Counted from the stretch's first letter, positions 27,465 through 37,734 are shown. The stretch: DNA of 64,000 nucleotides from Longimicrobiales bacterium (GCA_965218295.1 CBDCKN010000013.1:544001-608000); one strand, 5' to 3'. Numbers and translations are program-made. Notes: generated by a model not told the origin, from the letters alone.

Positions 27465-28381
27465 CTTTCGAGGCTCCGGGTCAACGCCCTCACCTCACGC
27501 AGGTCGATGGTCTCGGTGGGCCATCCTTCGTATCGGGTCTCCAGGCCGCGCTCCTCCACGGATCCGAATATCTCGGAAAGGCTCTCTGGCGCCGGGTAGT
27601 CGAGCAGAAGGGTCTGGTCAAAGGGGCCGTGGGCGTTCGCCACCGTCATCAGGCCCCGGTGACGGATGTGACTCTCCACCACGAAGGCCGCCACCACCGT
27701 GCCACGCGCATTAGGGCGGTTCATGACCGCCCGGGCGAGAGCCGCGCACGACCCGCGTTGGCCAGATTCGGGGCCTGCCAACAAGCTGTCTCCGTACTCG
27801 ACGGTGGTCTTGAGCATAGCGACCGGATTCACCATGTCGATCCCCAATCCCCGGACCTCGTCCCGTGACGCCGCTCCCACGTCGACGTACGCATCGTCCA
27901 CCGTAAACGCGTCTGTGGCGAAGGAGCGTCCACGCGCCAGGTGTGTGGACCATACCGCCATGACCCCGGCGATGGGTCCCCGGTCACCCCACACCGTGAC
28001 GCGGTGCCCCTCGTGGGACTGATCGAACGTCCAGGGGGCGCCGTCTCCAACCCTCCTGAGGGTGAGCCATCCGTCCTCTCGGATCCCGCCCACAACGTAC
28101 CCCCACTCGTCCATGGGGCAGGCGACAAGGCGGCGCGGACTCCCAGATCCGAGCACGGACACCACACTGCCGGCCCGATCGCGCTGCGCCCCGGGCACCA
28201 GGTCCTCGAGGACAAGGGCGAAGGTGGCCTCGTACCCGCTCACGGCGGTGAGGCCCGCGAACCACCCGGCGAGATCCGGTCCTTCACGGGCCGTTTGGGC
28301 CCCCACCGGGTTGGCCCAGAGCAGAACGGCAGCCACACAGGCCGCCGCTCCCAGCGGCGAGGATGTACGGCGCCCCTTCAT
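27443..28381 (-). CDS. M42-like protein lacking metal ligands, with signal peptide
   Basis: Same layout (VSGYE, YVDVGA), but ACPMDE, ESGQR and VESH replace the ligand motifs. Confidence 0.8.
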   Translation of the reverse strand: MKGRRTSSPLGAAACVAAVLLWANPVGAQTAREGPDLAGWFAGLTAVSGYEATFALVLEDLVPGAQRDRAGSVVSVLGSGSPRRLVACPMDEWGYVVGGIREDGWLTLRRVGDGAPWTFDQSHEGHRVTVWGDRGPIAGVMAVWSTHLARGRSFATDAFTVDDAYVDVGAASRDEVRGLGIDMVNPVAMLKTTVEYGDSLLAGPESGQRGSCAALARAVMNRPNARGTVVAAFVVESHIRHRGLMTVANAHGPFDQTLLLDYPAPESLSEIFGSVEERGLETRYEGWPTETIDLREVRALTRSLERWIRGGG

Positions 28382-28480
28382 TCTCTCTCTAGTGTCCCGT
28401 TGCCAAAGTGTCTCGGCCAGTCGAGGGCACGGGTGCGTCCCGGCCCTCTTGGGTGGCTCGCGAATTTCGGCAACGGAACA

Positions 28481-29624
28481 CTAGACCCAGCCCCTGGACC
28501 GGAACGAACGCAGCGTGTCGGCCCAGCGCTCCATGTCCTCGGGCAGGCCGAAGGAGATCCGGTTGTAGCCCAGCATGGGCGGAAAAGTCCGACCGACATC
28601 GATGCCCTCCATGTGGAACCGCTCGATGTAGGTCTCCAGATCACCGCCGATCTCATGCATGAGGAAGTTCGTGTGGCTAGGCAGGGACCCCAGCCCCAGC
28701 TCGCCCAACGCTCCCTGGGTGATCTGGCGAGACCGCTTGTTCATCGCCAGCGTCCGCTCGACGTGACCGTCATCCGCGAGGCTCGCGAGACCCGCCTGGA
28801 TGCCCATCATGTTCCGGGCTGTTCTGGGCGACGAACGCCTGGATGCGCCGTACGGTGTCGGCGTGGGCGAGGCCGTAGCCGAGGCGGAGGCCCGCCATCC
28901 CGTAGATCTTCGAGAAGGTCCGCGAGACCAGAACGTTCGGCCGCTCGTCGATCCACTTGACGGCAGACTAGTACCCGGGCTCGTCCATGAGCTCGTAGTA
29001 GGCCTCGTCGACGATGAAGAAGACGGACTCGGGCGCGTCCTGGATCCACGCATCGACCTCGGAGCTGGGGGTCAGCGTGGCAGTCGGGTTGTTCGGGTTA
29101 CAGATGTAGACGACCGAAGGCCGCCGGGCCCGCTCCGTCTCGTCCCGCATGCGTCCCAGATCGTGGGCGTAACGGAAGTCGAGGGGCACCTGGATCAGCC
29201 GGTACGGATGGTTCCCCGCATAGTCGACGGGGTCCTCCCACGTCGGCGTGGCTATGATCAGCGGCATGTTGGGAGACGCCAGCGCCTGGATTGTCGCCTG
29301 GATGATCTCGCTCGAGCCGGACCCGGTGAACACGTTCTCGGCCCGCACGCCCACCTTGGCCGCGATGGCCGGGATGAGATCCTGCTCCCAATTGTCCGGG
29401 TAGCGATTGGCCAACGAGATGGCCTCGATGACCGCCTCGCGAGCCGCCTTGGACAGGCCCATGGGGTTCTCGTTGTAATTCAGGCGAAGCGAGCCGTCCG
29501 GAGCCAGGTGGGGCCGGGATGAAAGGAACGCAGCCAGGCGGTTGGTCTGGGCGGCGGCGGGGGCTCCCGCAGCGGTGGCAACCGAAGCCAGCGTGCTGGC
29601 CCTCAGGAACCCTCTGCGATCCAT
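28481..29624 (-). pseudogene. Tat-exported histidinol-phosphate-aminotransferase-like enzyme; in-frame TAG (28968-28970) and frameshift near 28815
   Basis: MDRRGFLR, NENP, CNPNNPT, DEAY; RTFSKIYGMAGLRLGY continues in frame after the TAG. Confidence 0.85.
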
Positions 29625-29904
29625 GGTACATCTCCTCTGCAGGCGGCAACTGGCGGTGTGTCGAGAATGGATAATTAGGCGATGGAGGGCGGGTTTGCCA
29701 GTCCATTGCGCCCAAGCCGCGACCAGCGGGTCAACGCGTGCATCATGGAGGGGGCCCCAGTCTGCCACGGTCGCCCGTCTCCTCGTAGAGCCTCGCCAGC
29801 CGGTCCAGCACCAGAGGCATCAAGGGGACGACGAGATGGCGTCGGGCTGTGTGCCTAGAAGCGGCCGGTAAGATCGGCCCAGCGAACCGTCTTCTAGCCT
29901 GGCT

Positions 29905-30333
29905 CTACCGCGCCGGTCGCTCGAGCTCCCTCGCGTGTAGCTCGTCGTAGAAGTCGAACATCTCGCGGTTGTACTTTGGATCGCGGGCCTGCTCGAAGGG
30001 CTCGATGATCTGGAAGAGGATCCTGAGTCGCTGCGGCATGGTCAGGTGCTCGCGGAGGTCCTCGGCCTCCAGGAACCCCTGGGCACGGAGCTGCTGGGTC
30101 TTTCGGAAATACGACTTGATGAGCCGGCGGGCGGCGTTGGTCTCCCGGACGACCCGCTGCTCCTCTGCAGCGCGATCTTCCATCGCGTCCAGGGTGGCGA
30201 ACAGCTCGGCGGCCCAGTCCTCCCCCCGCTCCTTCACCCACCGACGCACGTGCCCGACGGCCCAGTAGTAGTCGTCCGACCAGAACTGGTCGTGGAGGTG
30301 GGAGATCAGCAGGCCGCGTTTCTCACCTTTCAT
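29905..30333 (-). CDS. Hypothetical helical protein, last gene of the GMC/TPP operon
   Basis: GC3-rich ORF starting 7 bp after the TPP gene. Confidence 0.7.
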   Translation of the reverse strand: MKGEKRGLLISHLHDQFWSDDYYWAVGHVRRWVKERGEDWAAELFATLDAMEDRAAEEQRVVRETNAARRLIKSYFRKTQQLRAQGFLEAEDLREHLTMPQRLRILFQIIEPFEQARDPKYNREMFDFYDELHARELERPAR

Positions 30334-30339
30334 GGCTTC

Positions 30340-32089
30340 TCAGCGCCGGATAAATCTCCGACCGACGGCACGAGTGAGGAAGCGCACCCGATCGCGCAGC
30401 GGAAGCCGGTGAAGGTTCGTCTTCACGATGCCACGGGTGAAATGGGTCCTTTCCGTGTAGTCTATAGCCACGTCGACGATGACGGTCCGGCCGGCCGCCG
30501 CCTTCTCACGGGCGTCGCCCACGGCGCCCTTCACACCCTGGTCGTCGGAGAGGGCGATGAAGTCCACGCCCATCCCGTGAGCCAGCCCTTCCAGGTCGTA
30601 GTCGGGCAGCTCGCTCGCGACCTTGCGGTTCATGGCGGTGGACTGGAACTGGGCGATCTGGGCCAGCTCACGGTCGCGGAGCACGAAAGCCATCACGCCC
30701 AGCTCCAGCTGGGCAGCGCTCATGAGCTCAAGACCGGTCATGAGAAAGGCCCCGTCCCCGCCAGAGCCACGACGGGGCAGTCGGGCCGTGCCAGCTTCGC
30801 CCCCACGGCGGCCGGCACCGAGTAGCCCATACAGGAATAGTCCACCGGGGCCAGGAATTTCCCCGGGCCTTTGAGGCGGAGGGCTTCCATGGCGAGAAAC
30901 GTCCCCGTTGCCGCTGTCCGTGGTGAAGATCGTTTCCGGACCCAGCACGCTTTGCAGCGTGGTGAGGAGGTTCTGGGGGGTGACCCGCTCACCGCCGATT
31001 CGCGCCTGCCATCGCCGCCGGATCTCCCCGTGGCCCCTCGGCGATGCGAGCTCGGAGCTCGGGTTCCTGAGGGCGCCGGACACCCTTGAGTCCGGCCAGA
31101 ATCGCCTCCAGATAGACAAGGGCGTCGGACACGATCGCCAGTTCCGCCGGGAAGTTCCGCCCCGGCACCTGGGGGTCTATGTCCACATGGATCAGCGGGC
31201 CGGGGATGCGCAGGCCGTAGCTCCCCGTGCCGACTTCGCTGAACCGGCACCCCACCGCGATCATCAGGTCGCACGCCGCCGCAACTTCCTGAACGAACGC
31301 CGGAGCAGTGTCCCCGAAGCCCGGCCACAGGAATAGCGGATGGTCTTCGGGGAACACTCCCTTCCCCTGGATCGTGGTGGCCACAGGGGCTTCGAGGGCC
31401 TCCGTCAACCTCAGCACATCGTCGACGGCACCGGCCGCTCCGGCACCCACATAGATCAGAGGGCACTTCGAGCCGCGGATCAGCTCGAGCGATCGCGTAA
31501 CCGCCTCCGCTGTGGGATGGGGCGGAGACTCCAAAGACGGCGCCGTCCAGCGCTCGGGAGCTCCGGCATCGCTCACGTCCTGCTTGAGCAGGTACAGGTT
31601 GGCCGGCACCTCCACGAAGACGGGGCCCGGCACCCCCGACCGGGCGAGGCGACACGCCTCCCGGATCGTAGGATAGATCTCGTCGCCCGACATGGGGCGG
31701 AACACACCCTTGGTCACCGCGGAGACCATCGCCGCCTGGTCCACGTCGTGGAGCTGGTACGCCTTCCCCAGATCCCGGCGGATGCCGCAGCCCAGCACGA
31801 GCAAAGGAACGTTGTCCAGATACGCCTCGGCGATCCCCGACATGGCATGGGTCAGCCCGGCACCGGGCACGACGTTGACACAGGCCATCCGGCCCGATGC
31901 CCGCCACGCCCCATCCGCCATGAACGAGGCACTCTGCTCGTCGGTGACCAGGATGGGCCGGACGATGTCCGAGGACCCCAGGACGTCGTACAGCTCGATG
32001 TTGTGGGTCCCGGGGATGCCAAAGGCGAGCTCGATCTGCTCGTCCTCGAGGGCTCGCACCACCAAGAATGCGCCGGTTCGCTTGCTCAT
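30340..32089 (-). pseudogene. Thiamine-diphosphate-dependent enzyme (acetolactate synthase large-subunit-like), about 3 frameshifts (near 31030, 30905, 30765)
   Basis: FGIPGTHN, DEQSASFMADG, GPVFVEVP, MGYSVPAAVGAKLA and GDGAFLM in successive frames. Confidence 0.85.
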
Positions 32090-33587
32090 GCGATTCTCCG
32101 GTCTCGCAGAATCCCCTCGGCCACACGGTCGGCCAGAGCCATCACCGTCAGGTGCGGATTGATCTCCACCGAGTCCGGAAAGAGACTGGAATCCGCTACG
32201 CGGAGCCAGGGCAGGCCGTGCACGCGTCCCCACGCGTCGGTCACCGAGTCCGACGCATCCCGCCCCATCCCGCACCCTCCCATCAGGTGCGCAGCCGCTA
32301 CCGACATCTTTCCGGGGAGAAAGTAGCGAGAGTGGATGCGGTCATCGAGTCGGTCGGCGTCGGGCGCTCCCAAAAGGGGCGGATCGGCCGGAGGCGCGTG
32401 CACACGGACGGCTCCCGCACCGAAGAAGATCCTCGCCGCCGCCCGAGTGGCGCGCGTCATCGCCTCGACCACCGAATCGGTGAAGGTGTAGTGGACGACC
32501 GCCTTACCACCGGCGTCCGCCGTGATTCGGTTCTGTTCCGTGGCCTTGTCGGCCGCCAGGACCAGGATCATCTGGAGCCTCGGAAACGCACGCATCAGAG
32601 CCGAGTGGTCGGCTCCGAAACCGGTGAGGTTCTTGGCGGTGACGAACGGAAAGTACATGCACGTCTCCAGGACCCACCCTTCCTCCCGAGCTCGGTCCAC
32701 GTAGTAGCTCTTGGGGGTGACCCACGTCGTTCGTGATGTCCCGCGAGTGCTCACCGACGAGAATGAAGGCCGGATGGCACGTGAACCCGTGACCCAGTCG
32801 GGGGAGCTCCGACCCGAAGCCCGACCTGAGCAAGAGTGCGCTCGAGCCGATGGACCCTCCGGCGACGACAATAAGGTCCGCCTCCAGGCGATACTCCCCA
32901 GGCGCCCACTCGGAGGCCGTTCCCTTGGCTCCGGATGGCTTCTCCGAGACCCGGACCACCACCGCGCGCTCCTCGATCCTGAGCGCCTCGGCACGGGTGA
33001 CGACCTCCACCCCTCCTCGCTCGGCCGCGGGAAGCTGGACCCGGTCCGTCCCTTGCTTGGCGGCGTTCGGGCAGCCCAGGTTGCAGAGGCTCGATCCCAG
33101 GCAGCCCTTCACGTTCACCGGGAACTGGAGCGCCTCGTATCCTGCCGCTTCACAGCCTTCCACGAACAGGCGGTTGTTCTCGTTGATCTCCTCCGCGGGC
33201 AACAGATGAACGTTGTTCTCCTCCATGTACCTCTGCGAGCGTCTCACCAGGTCGCCATGATCCAAACCCGGCACCGACCATTCCCGGAGGACGCGCTCTG
33301 GCGCGGTCAGCGACGTTCCCGTGTAGACCACCGTCGAGCCCCCCATAGAGGCGGCCGAAGGCGAGGCTCATGGTTCCGTCCGCGGTCAGGAAGCCCCCAC
33401 CGTCCTCGTAGAGAGCCGGCGACATGTCGAGCTCGTTACCCGTAAACTCATGGTCCTCGAGGCGGGGTCCCTGCTCCAGCACGATGACACGACGATCCTG
33501 CTCCACGAGAGGAACGAGGGCCTGAGCCACCGTTCCACCGCCGGCCCCGGAGCCGATCACGACTACGTCGTAGCGGTGCTCGCTCAC
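32086..33587 (-). pseudogene. GMC family oxidoreductase, frameshifts in homopolymer runs near 33345 and 32715
   Basis: VIGSGAGG, GGSTVV, CLGSSLCNLGC, AHLMGGC, VADSSLFP...NP. Confidence 0.88.
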
Positions 33588-34023
33588 GGTGGCGGGTCCC
33601 CATCGGCCTCTCCCTCACGCCCCGAGCGCCCGCCCAACCCGCCGCCGAAGCCCTGTAACCCAGCTCCTTCCGCACACGATCCTGGCCGTAATAGCCCATG
33701 AACACGAGGGTTCGGAGCCCCCAGAAGCCCCGCCTGATCAAGAGCAAGGGGGCATTCTCGAGCCTGGTGAGGTGAGCCCTGCGTGCGGCAGGCCCCAAGC
33801 GAGTGAAGGGCCGTCCGTACGGGAGCAGGGCCAGCCAGTTGGCGAGACGAATGAAAAGAAGCAGCTGGCGGACCATGGCCTCGGGTCGCATGGCGAGCGC
33901 TCCCGAGACGATGCCTTCGGCTTCTTGCCAGCCGGCTTCGTCGAGTGTGGCCGCCTCCGGAACGATGGATGCGGCCAGCGCCCGGAACGGGCCTCGAACA
34001 GGTGCGAGGAGTGAAGGCGTCAC
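33584..34023 (-). CDS. Small GMC-partner protein (gluconate 2-dehydrogenase subunit 3-like); probable frameshift near 33635
   Basis: PFTRL...R...L..LE...LRTLVFMGYY; GTGA overlap with the GMC start. Confidence 0.6.
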
Positions 34024-34129
34024 GATCGGCCCCCAGTTGGGGAGTGCTCGAAGCATGCGTGGGCGATAACGTGTCTGCCGGGTCACGACCCCGGCAAGTG
34101 CCTCCGCCGAGGTCGATGACACCCGTGCC

Positions 34130-35134
34130 ATGAAACCTGGAGGGGAGTGCGTGTATAGGCGAGTCTGCTCGGCCCTGGTCCTGGCAGCCGTTACCGCGTG
34201 CGGCAGTGAGCCACCCGCCCTGATTGTCGGCGATGTCGCCTTCGCCGAAAGCGAGCTTCTCGGCCTCGACGAGGCACGTCGGCTCGAGCTCGCCACGCTC
34301 ACCGCTTTCGGCCTGTCCACGGCCCGCGGAGAGACGCTGGTCGTACTCGCGCCCCTCCTCGAACGCTCCAGAAAAGAGGCGCTGCTCACGCATGTCGCAG
34401 CCGAGCTCATGCTGAAGAACGGAGAGGTTGACGACGAACAGCTCAGTGCACACTACCTGACCAATCCCGCCATGGAGCTCACCGTTCGGCACGTTCTCTT
34501 CTTCTCGGAGCGCTGGCGGCCCCAATCACACCGCGCTGAAGCCCGACGCAAGGCTGAGGCCGCCCTCCAGCGCCTCCGAGAGGGGGACCCCTTCCCCGAG
34601 GTCGCCGCAGAGCTCTCCGAGGAGCCCGGAGCGGAAGGACGCCAGGGCCTGCTCCAGCCCGGTCGCGAGGGATCGTGGGTGTCAGAGTTCTGGAACGCGG
34701 CTCTGGCTCGGGAGGTTGGAGAGATCAGCCCCGTGGTCGAGACCCAGTACGGATTCCACGTCCTCCGTCTCGAGCAGAGGGAGATCGTACCCTTCGAGGA
34801 AGCCCGACCGACCGTGGTCCTGGAGGTGGCGAGCCTCTTGGGATCACTGGACCAGGCCCGGGAGCGGGCGTCCCTAGAGCAGGCCCAGGAGCTCGACGTC
34901 TCGATCCCAGAAGCGGAGCTGGTTGCGATCAACCGCGAGTGGGGCGATCGAGCTCTCCGCTGGAGCACCGCCTTCGGCTTTGCGCCGGATCTCACTCCCT
35001 CCCAGGTGAAGGAGGCCGCCCGGGCGGCTCTGGGCTCGACGGCCCAGAGCGTCGCCATCGCTCGCAACGAGCTAGCCGAACTGAGGTCGCTGTTCGAGTC
35101 CGCCTACCCCATCGAACTGGCACCCGGCTCGTAG
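34130..35134 (+). CDS. Parvulin-type peptidyl-prolyl isomerase lipoprotein
   Basis: Lipobox VTAC; VRHVLF, FPEVAAELSEE, ISPVVETQYGFHVL. Confidence 0.88.
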   Translation: MKPGGECVYRRVCSALVLAAVTACGSEPPALIVGDVAFAESELLGLDEARRLELATLTAFGLSTARGETLVVLAPLLERSRKEALLTHVAAELMLKNGEVDDEQLSAHYLTNPAMELTVRHVLFFSERWRPQSHRAEARRKAEAALQRLREGDPFPEVAAELSEEPGAEGRQGLLQPGREGSWVSEFWNAALAREVGEISPVVETQYGFHVLRLEQREIVPFEEARPTVVLEVASLLGSLDQARERASLEQAQELDVSIPEAELVAINREWGDRALRWSTAFGFAPDLTPSQVKEAARAALGSTAQSVAIARNELAELRSLFESAYPIELAPGS

Positions 35135-35176
35135 GCGAGCGAAACACTGGAGGGGTCGGGACCGTAGAAGGAACAC

Positions 35177-35911
35177 ATGAAGGCTCAGACCAAGCGCAAG
35201 CTCGTGTTCCTCGGTGGCTTTGCTGCGTACTTCAGTGCGCTCTGGTTCCTGTGGGACACCTCCGCCGTATATCCGTTGAAGGTCTTCGTAGTCCTGCTCC
35301 ACGAGATCAGCCACGCCATCGTGGCCGTGGCGACGGGTGGGACCATCGAGCGGATCGTCCTCGACCCCAATCAGGGCGGTGCTTGTTACTGCCCAGGCGG
35401 GAATGCATTTGCGACCCTCACAGCCGGGTATCTCGGCAGCCTGGCCTGGGGTGGCCTCCTCGTCACCGCGGGACAGGCCAAGCGCCTCAACAGCCGCTGG
35501 GTGACGGGAGCTGCCGGCATCCTGGTTATCGCCCTTACCCTCGCCTACGTCCGAAGCATGTTCGGGTTCGGGTTCGGGTTGGCCTTCGGCCTGGCCCTCG
35601 TCATCGGGGCAGCCAAGCTGTCGGCGGCCGTCAATCAAGGGATCCTTCTCACGCTCGGGCTGACGAGCTGCCTCTACGCCATCCTCGACATCAAGAGCGA
35701 CATCCTGGACCGGCCCGAGCTCCAGTCCGACGCCGCCATGCTCGGCGACCTGACGGGCATACATACGGTGGTCTGGGGGAGCCTTTGGATCACCGTCGCC
35801 GTACTGGCCAGCGCCCTGGCTATTCCACCGTTCGTACCGCAATGCCTGACGGATACCGTATGTAGGATACCGTATGTAGTGGTGTCACGGCGTACTACAC
35901 GCCGTGTTTGA
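35177..35911 (+). CDS. M50 (M50B-like) membrane metallopeptidase; true stop probably 35849 if one extra C near 35815 is removed
   Basis: LLHEISHA, AGYLG, SDA motifs; alternative tail ASAWLFHRSYRNA*. Confidence 0.85.
   Translation: MKAQTKRKLVFLGGFAAYFSALWFLWDTSAVYPLKVFVVLLHEISHAIVAVATGGTIERIVLDPNQGGACYCPGGNAFATLTAGYLGSLAWGGLLVTAGQAKRLNSRWVTGAAGILVIALTLAYVRSMFGFGFGLAFGLALVIGAAKLSAAVNQGILLTLGLTSCLYAILDIKSDILDRPELQSDAAMLGDLTGIHTVVWGSLWITVAVLASALAIPPFVPQCLTDTVCRIPYVVVSRRTTRRV
35851..35878. repeat. 14-bp tandem repeat GGATACCGTATGTA x2, followed by an 8-bp inverted repeat (35886-35906)
   Basis: Direct reading. Confidence 0.9.
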
Positions 35912-35918
35912 TTTCCTC

Positions 35919-35947
35919 TTGATCTCATCGGGTCGGCCCCGTAGGTT
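35919..35947 (+). promoter_or_regulatory. Putative sigma70 promoter
   Basis: TTGATC-17 bp-TAGGTT. Confidence 0.5.
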
Positions 35948-36072
35948 GGCGTTGACCTATGGACGGTCTGGGCCGCCCCGGCCCCCCAGTGAGGGGGAAA
36001 GGACGCGGACCGCGGGTCCCCGAGCCCGCCGGCGATACGCCCACAGTCGAACCGAAATAAGGAGGTGATCAA

Positions 36073-36135
36073 TTGTCTAGTCCAAGTAGCCTGTCTGGCC
36101 TGGCAAGGGCAAGCGATCGCCGCTTCGGTCTGTAG
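36073..36135 (+). CDS. Candidate 20-aa small protein MSSPSSLSGLARASDRRFGL
   Basis: TAAGGAGGTGATC at 36058-36070, TTG start, TAG stop. Confidence 0.45.
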   Translation: MSSPSSLSGLARASDRRFGL

Positions 36136-36198
36136 GAGCCGAATCGGCTTCAGCTGTTCGCGCCATAAGCGGCCATCGCGCCGGGTTGCGACAGAAGA

Positions 36199-36241
36199 AA
36201 CGCGCCGTCGGGCCGGCTGCCCCGACGGCGCGTTGTTTTTT
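36199..36241 (+). terminator. Intrinsic terminator (possibly bidirectional)
   Basis: 14-bp stem AACGCGCCGTCGGG/CCCGACGGCGCGTT then GTTTTTT. Confidence 0.85.
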
Positions 36242-36279
36242 GCGGGTGGGCCTCCCGCGGGATGGCCCAGGCGTATGTT

Positions 36280-36858
36280 TCAGCCGAAGTAGTCCGGCGC
36301 GTTTCCCGGCTTCCATTTTATGTTGCAGCCGACGCTGGACCGATGCTCGCCCGCGATGGGCCTTCCTTCCAGCAGAGCATCGGTGGCCTCCCTCAAGTCA
36401 TCCCCGGTCACGGGCACGCCGTTGCCCGGCCGGCTGTCGTCGAACTGCCCTCGATAGACCAGGCGGCGCTCTCCATCGAAGAGAAAGAAGTCAGGCGTGC
36501 AGGCGGCCGCATAGGCCTTCGCCACCGACTGATCCTCGTCGAACAGGTACGGGAAGGTGTACCCCACCTCCTCCACCTCACGAGCCATCATCTCGGGACT
36601 GTCCTCCGGATAGGTCTCGACGTCGTTGGAGTTGATGCCCACCACGGCGAGCCCCTTCTCCTGGTACACCCGAGCGAAGTCTGCGAGCTCGGCACGCAGG
36701 TGCTTCACGAACGGGCAATGGTTGCAGAGGAAGACCACGAGCAGACCGGGTGCGTCTGTGAAGTCGTCGAGTGAGACGGTTCCACCGTCGGTGTCAGGAA
36801 GCGCGAACCCTGGAGCCTCCGTACCGATGGGGGCCATCGTCGATGCGGTCTTGACCAC
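36280..36858 (-). CDS. Thioredoxin-family (AhpC/TSA-like) protein
   Basis: FLCNHCPFV, AACTPDFF, YRGQFDDSRP, SVGCNIKW; GGAGGAGG RBS. Confidence 0.92.
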   Translation of the reverse strand: MVKTASTMAPIGTEAPGFALPDTDGGTVSLDDFTDAPGLLVVFLCNHCPFVKHLRAELADFARVYQEKGLAVVGINSNDVETYPEDSPEMMAREVEEVGYTFPYLFDEDQSVAKAYAAACTPDFFLFDGERRLVYRGQFDDSRPGNGVPVTGDDLREATDALLEGRPIAGEHRSSVGCNIKWKPGNAPDYFG

Positions 36859-36889
36859 GGATCCTCCTCCGTATCGGTGGTGGAACGGC

Positions 36890-37067
36890 GAGGTGCCGGT
36901 CCCAGACCCGGTACCCAGGAGCCCCTGGCGTGGATCCATGGTCGTGCCTCCTCGCCCCTTCGGTGCTCGAGCTCGCCGAGCCATTCGCTCCGCCAGTCCC
37001 GCCGGACGGACGGGGGGACGAAAAGACCCGCGCGTCCGCAAATAACCTGCTCGTCAGCTTCCGTCAC
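36890..37067 (-). pseudogene. N-terminal remnant resembling ADOP/MacB-type ABC permease starts
   Basis: AGLFVPPSVRRDWRSEWLGELEH; boundaries approximate. Confidence 0.45.
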
Positions 37068-37542
37068 CACCCTTGAGCTGCTCGGGCAACGTGACAAGGT
37101 CGAGCACCTTGAAGCGCCGCTCGCCCATCGGTAGCTCGATGGTCACCTCCTCGGCCCGACGTGCTCCCATGAGCCCACGACCGATGGGTGAGGCCATGGA
37201 GACCTGTCCCCCGTCCAGATCCATGAAGTCACCGGCCACGATGGTCAGCTCCGTCACCTCGTCCAGGGCCAGGTCGTGGAGCTCGACCTTCGACCCGAAG
37301 CCCACTCGATCGGCGGGCATGGCATCGACGTCGATCTTCGAGAGCTCGGACATGCGGCTGGCGAGGTGGCCGATGCGAGCCTGGACGAACTGCTGTCGCT
37401 CGAGGGAGGACTTGTACTCGGCGTTCTCGCGCAGGTCACCCAGCTCAACGGCCTTTTGAATGCGTTCGGGGAGAAGGACGTTGAGCTCGTGTGTCAGCAG
37501 CTCGATCTCCGCTTCGATTTTCTCGCGAATCTCATCCAACAT
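37054..37542 (-). CDS. greA: Transcription elongation factor GreA/GreB family
   Basis: GDLRENAEY, VGFGSKV, SMASPIGRGL. Confidence 0.9.
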   Translation of the reverse strand: MLDEIREKIEAEIELLTHELNVLLPERIQKAVELGDLRENAEYKSSLERQQFVQARIGHLASRMSELSKIDVDAMPADRVGFGSKVELHDLALDEVTELTIVAGDFMDLDGGQVSMASPIGRGLMGARRAEEVTIELPMGERRFKVLDLVTLPEQLKGGDGS

Positions 37543-37734
37543 GAGGCAACGGTCCTGAAGGCAATGCTGAAACAGATGGGCCTGGGTGGCCCCCGGCGAA
37601 GAAAGCAGCCCACTCCGGTCCGGTCCCGAGGAGCGGCCCGAGCGCTCAAGTTAGCGCCTCGCCCAGTTGGAACGAAAGAGCATCCGCGGCCGACACGGCC
37701 TAACTGCTCCCGGCGGACCGTAGGGTCGCAGGTG

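Noticed and set aside
30340..33587. Programmed frameshifting in the GMC/TPP genes
   Set aside because: Multiple shifts per gene in short G/C runs without stimulatory structures; fits decay or sequencing error
36058..36070. 16S rRNA 3' end on the minus strand (GATCACCTCCTT)
   Set aside because: No helix 44/45 or other rRNA sequence adjoins it
37585..37615. SRP RNA (GAAGAAAGCAGCC resembles the domain IV motif)
   Set aside because: Lacks the CAGG..GGAA..AGCAG symmetric loop and the enclosing long helix
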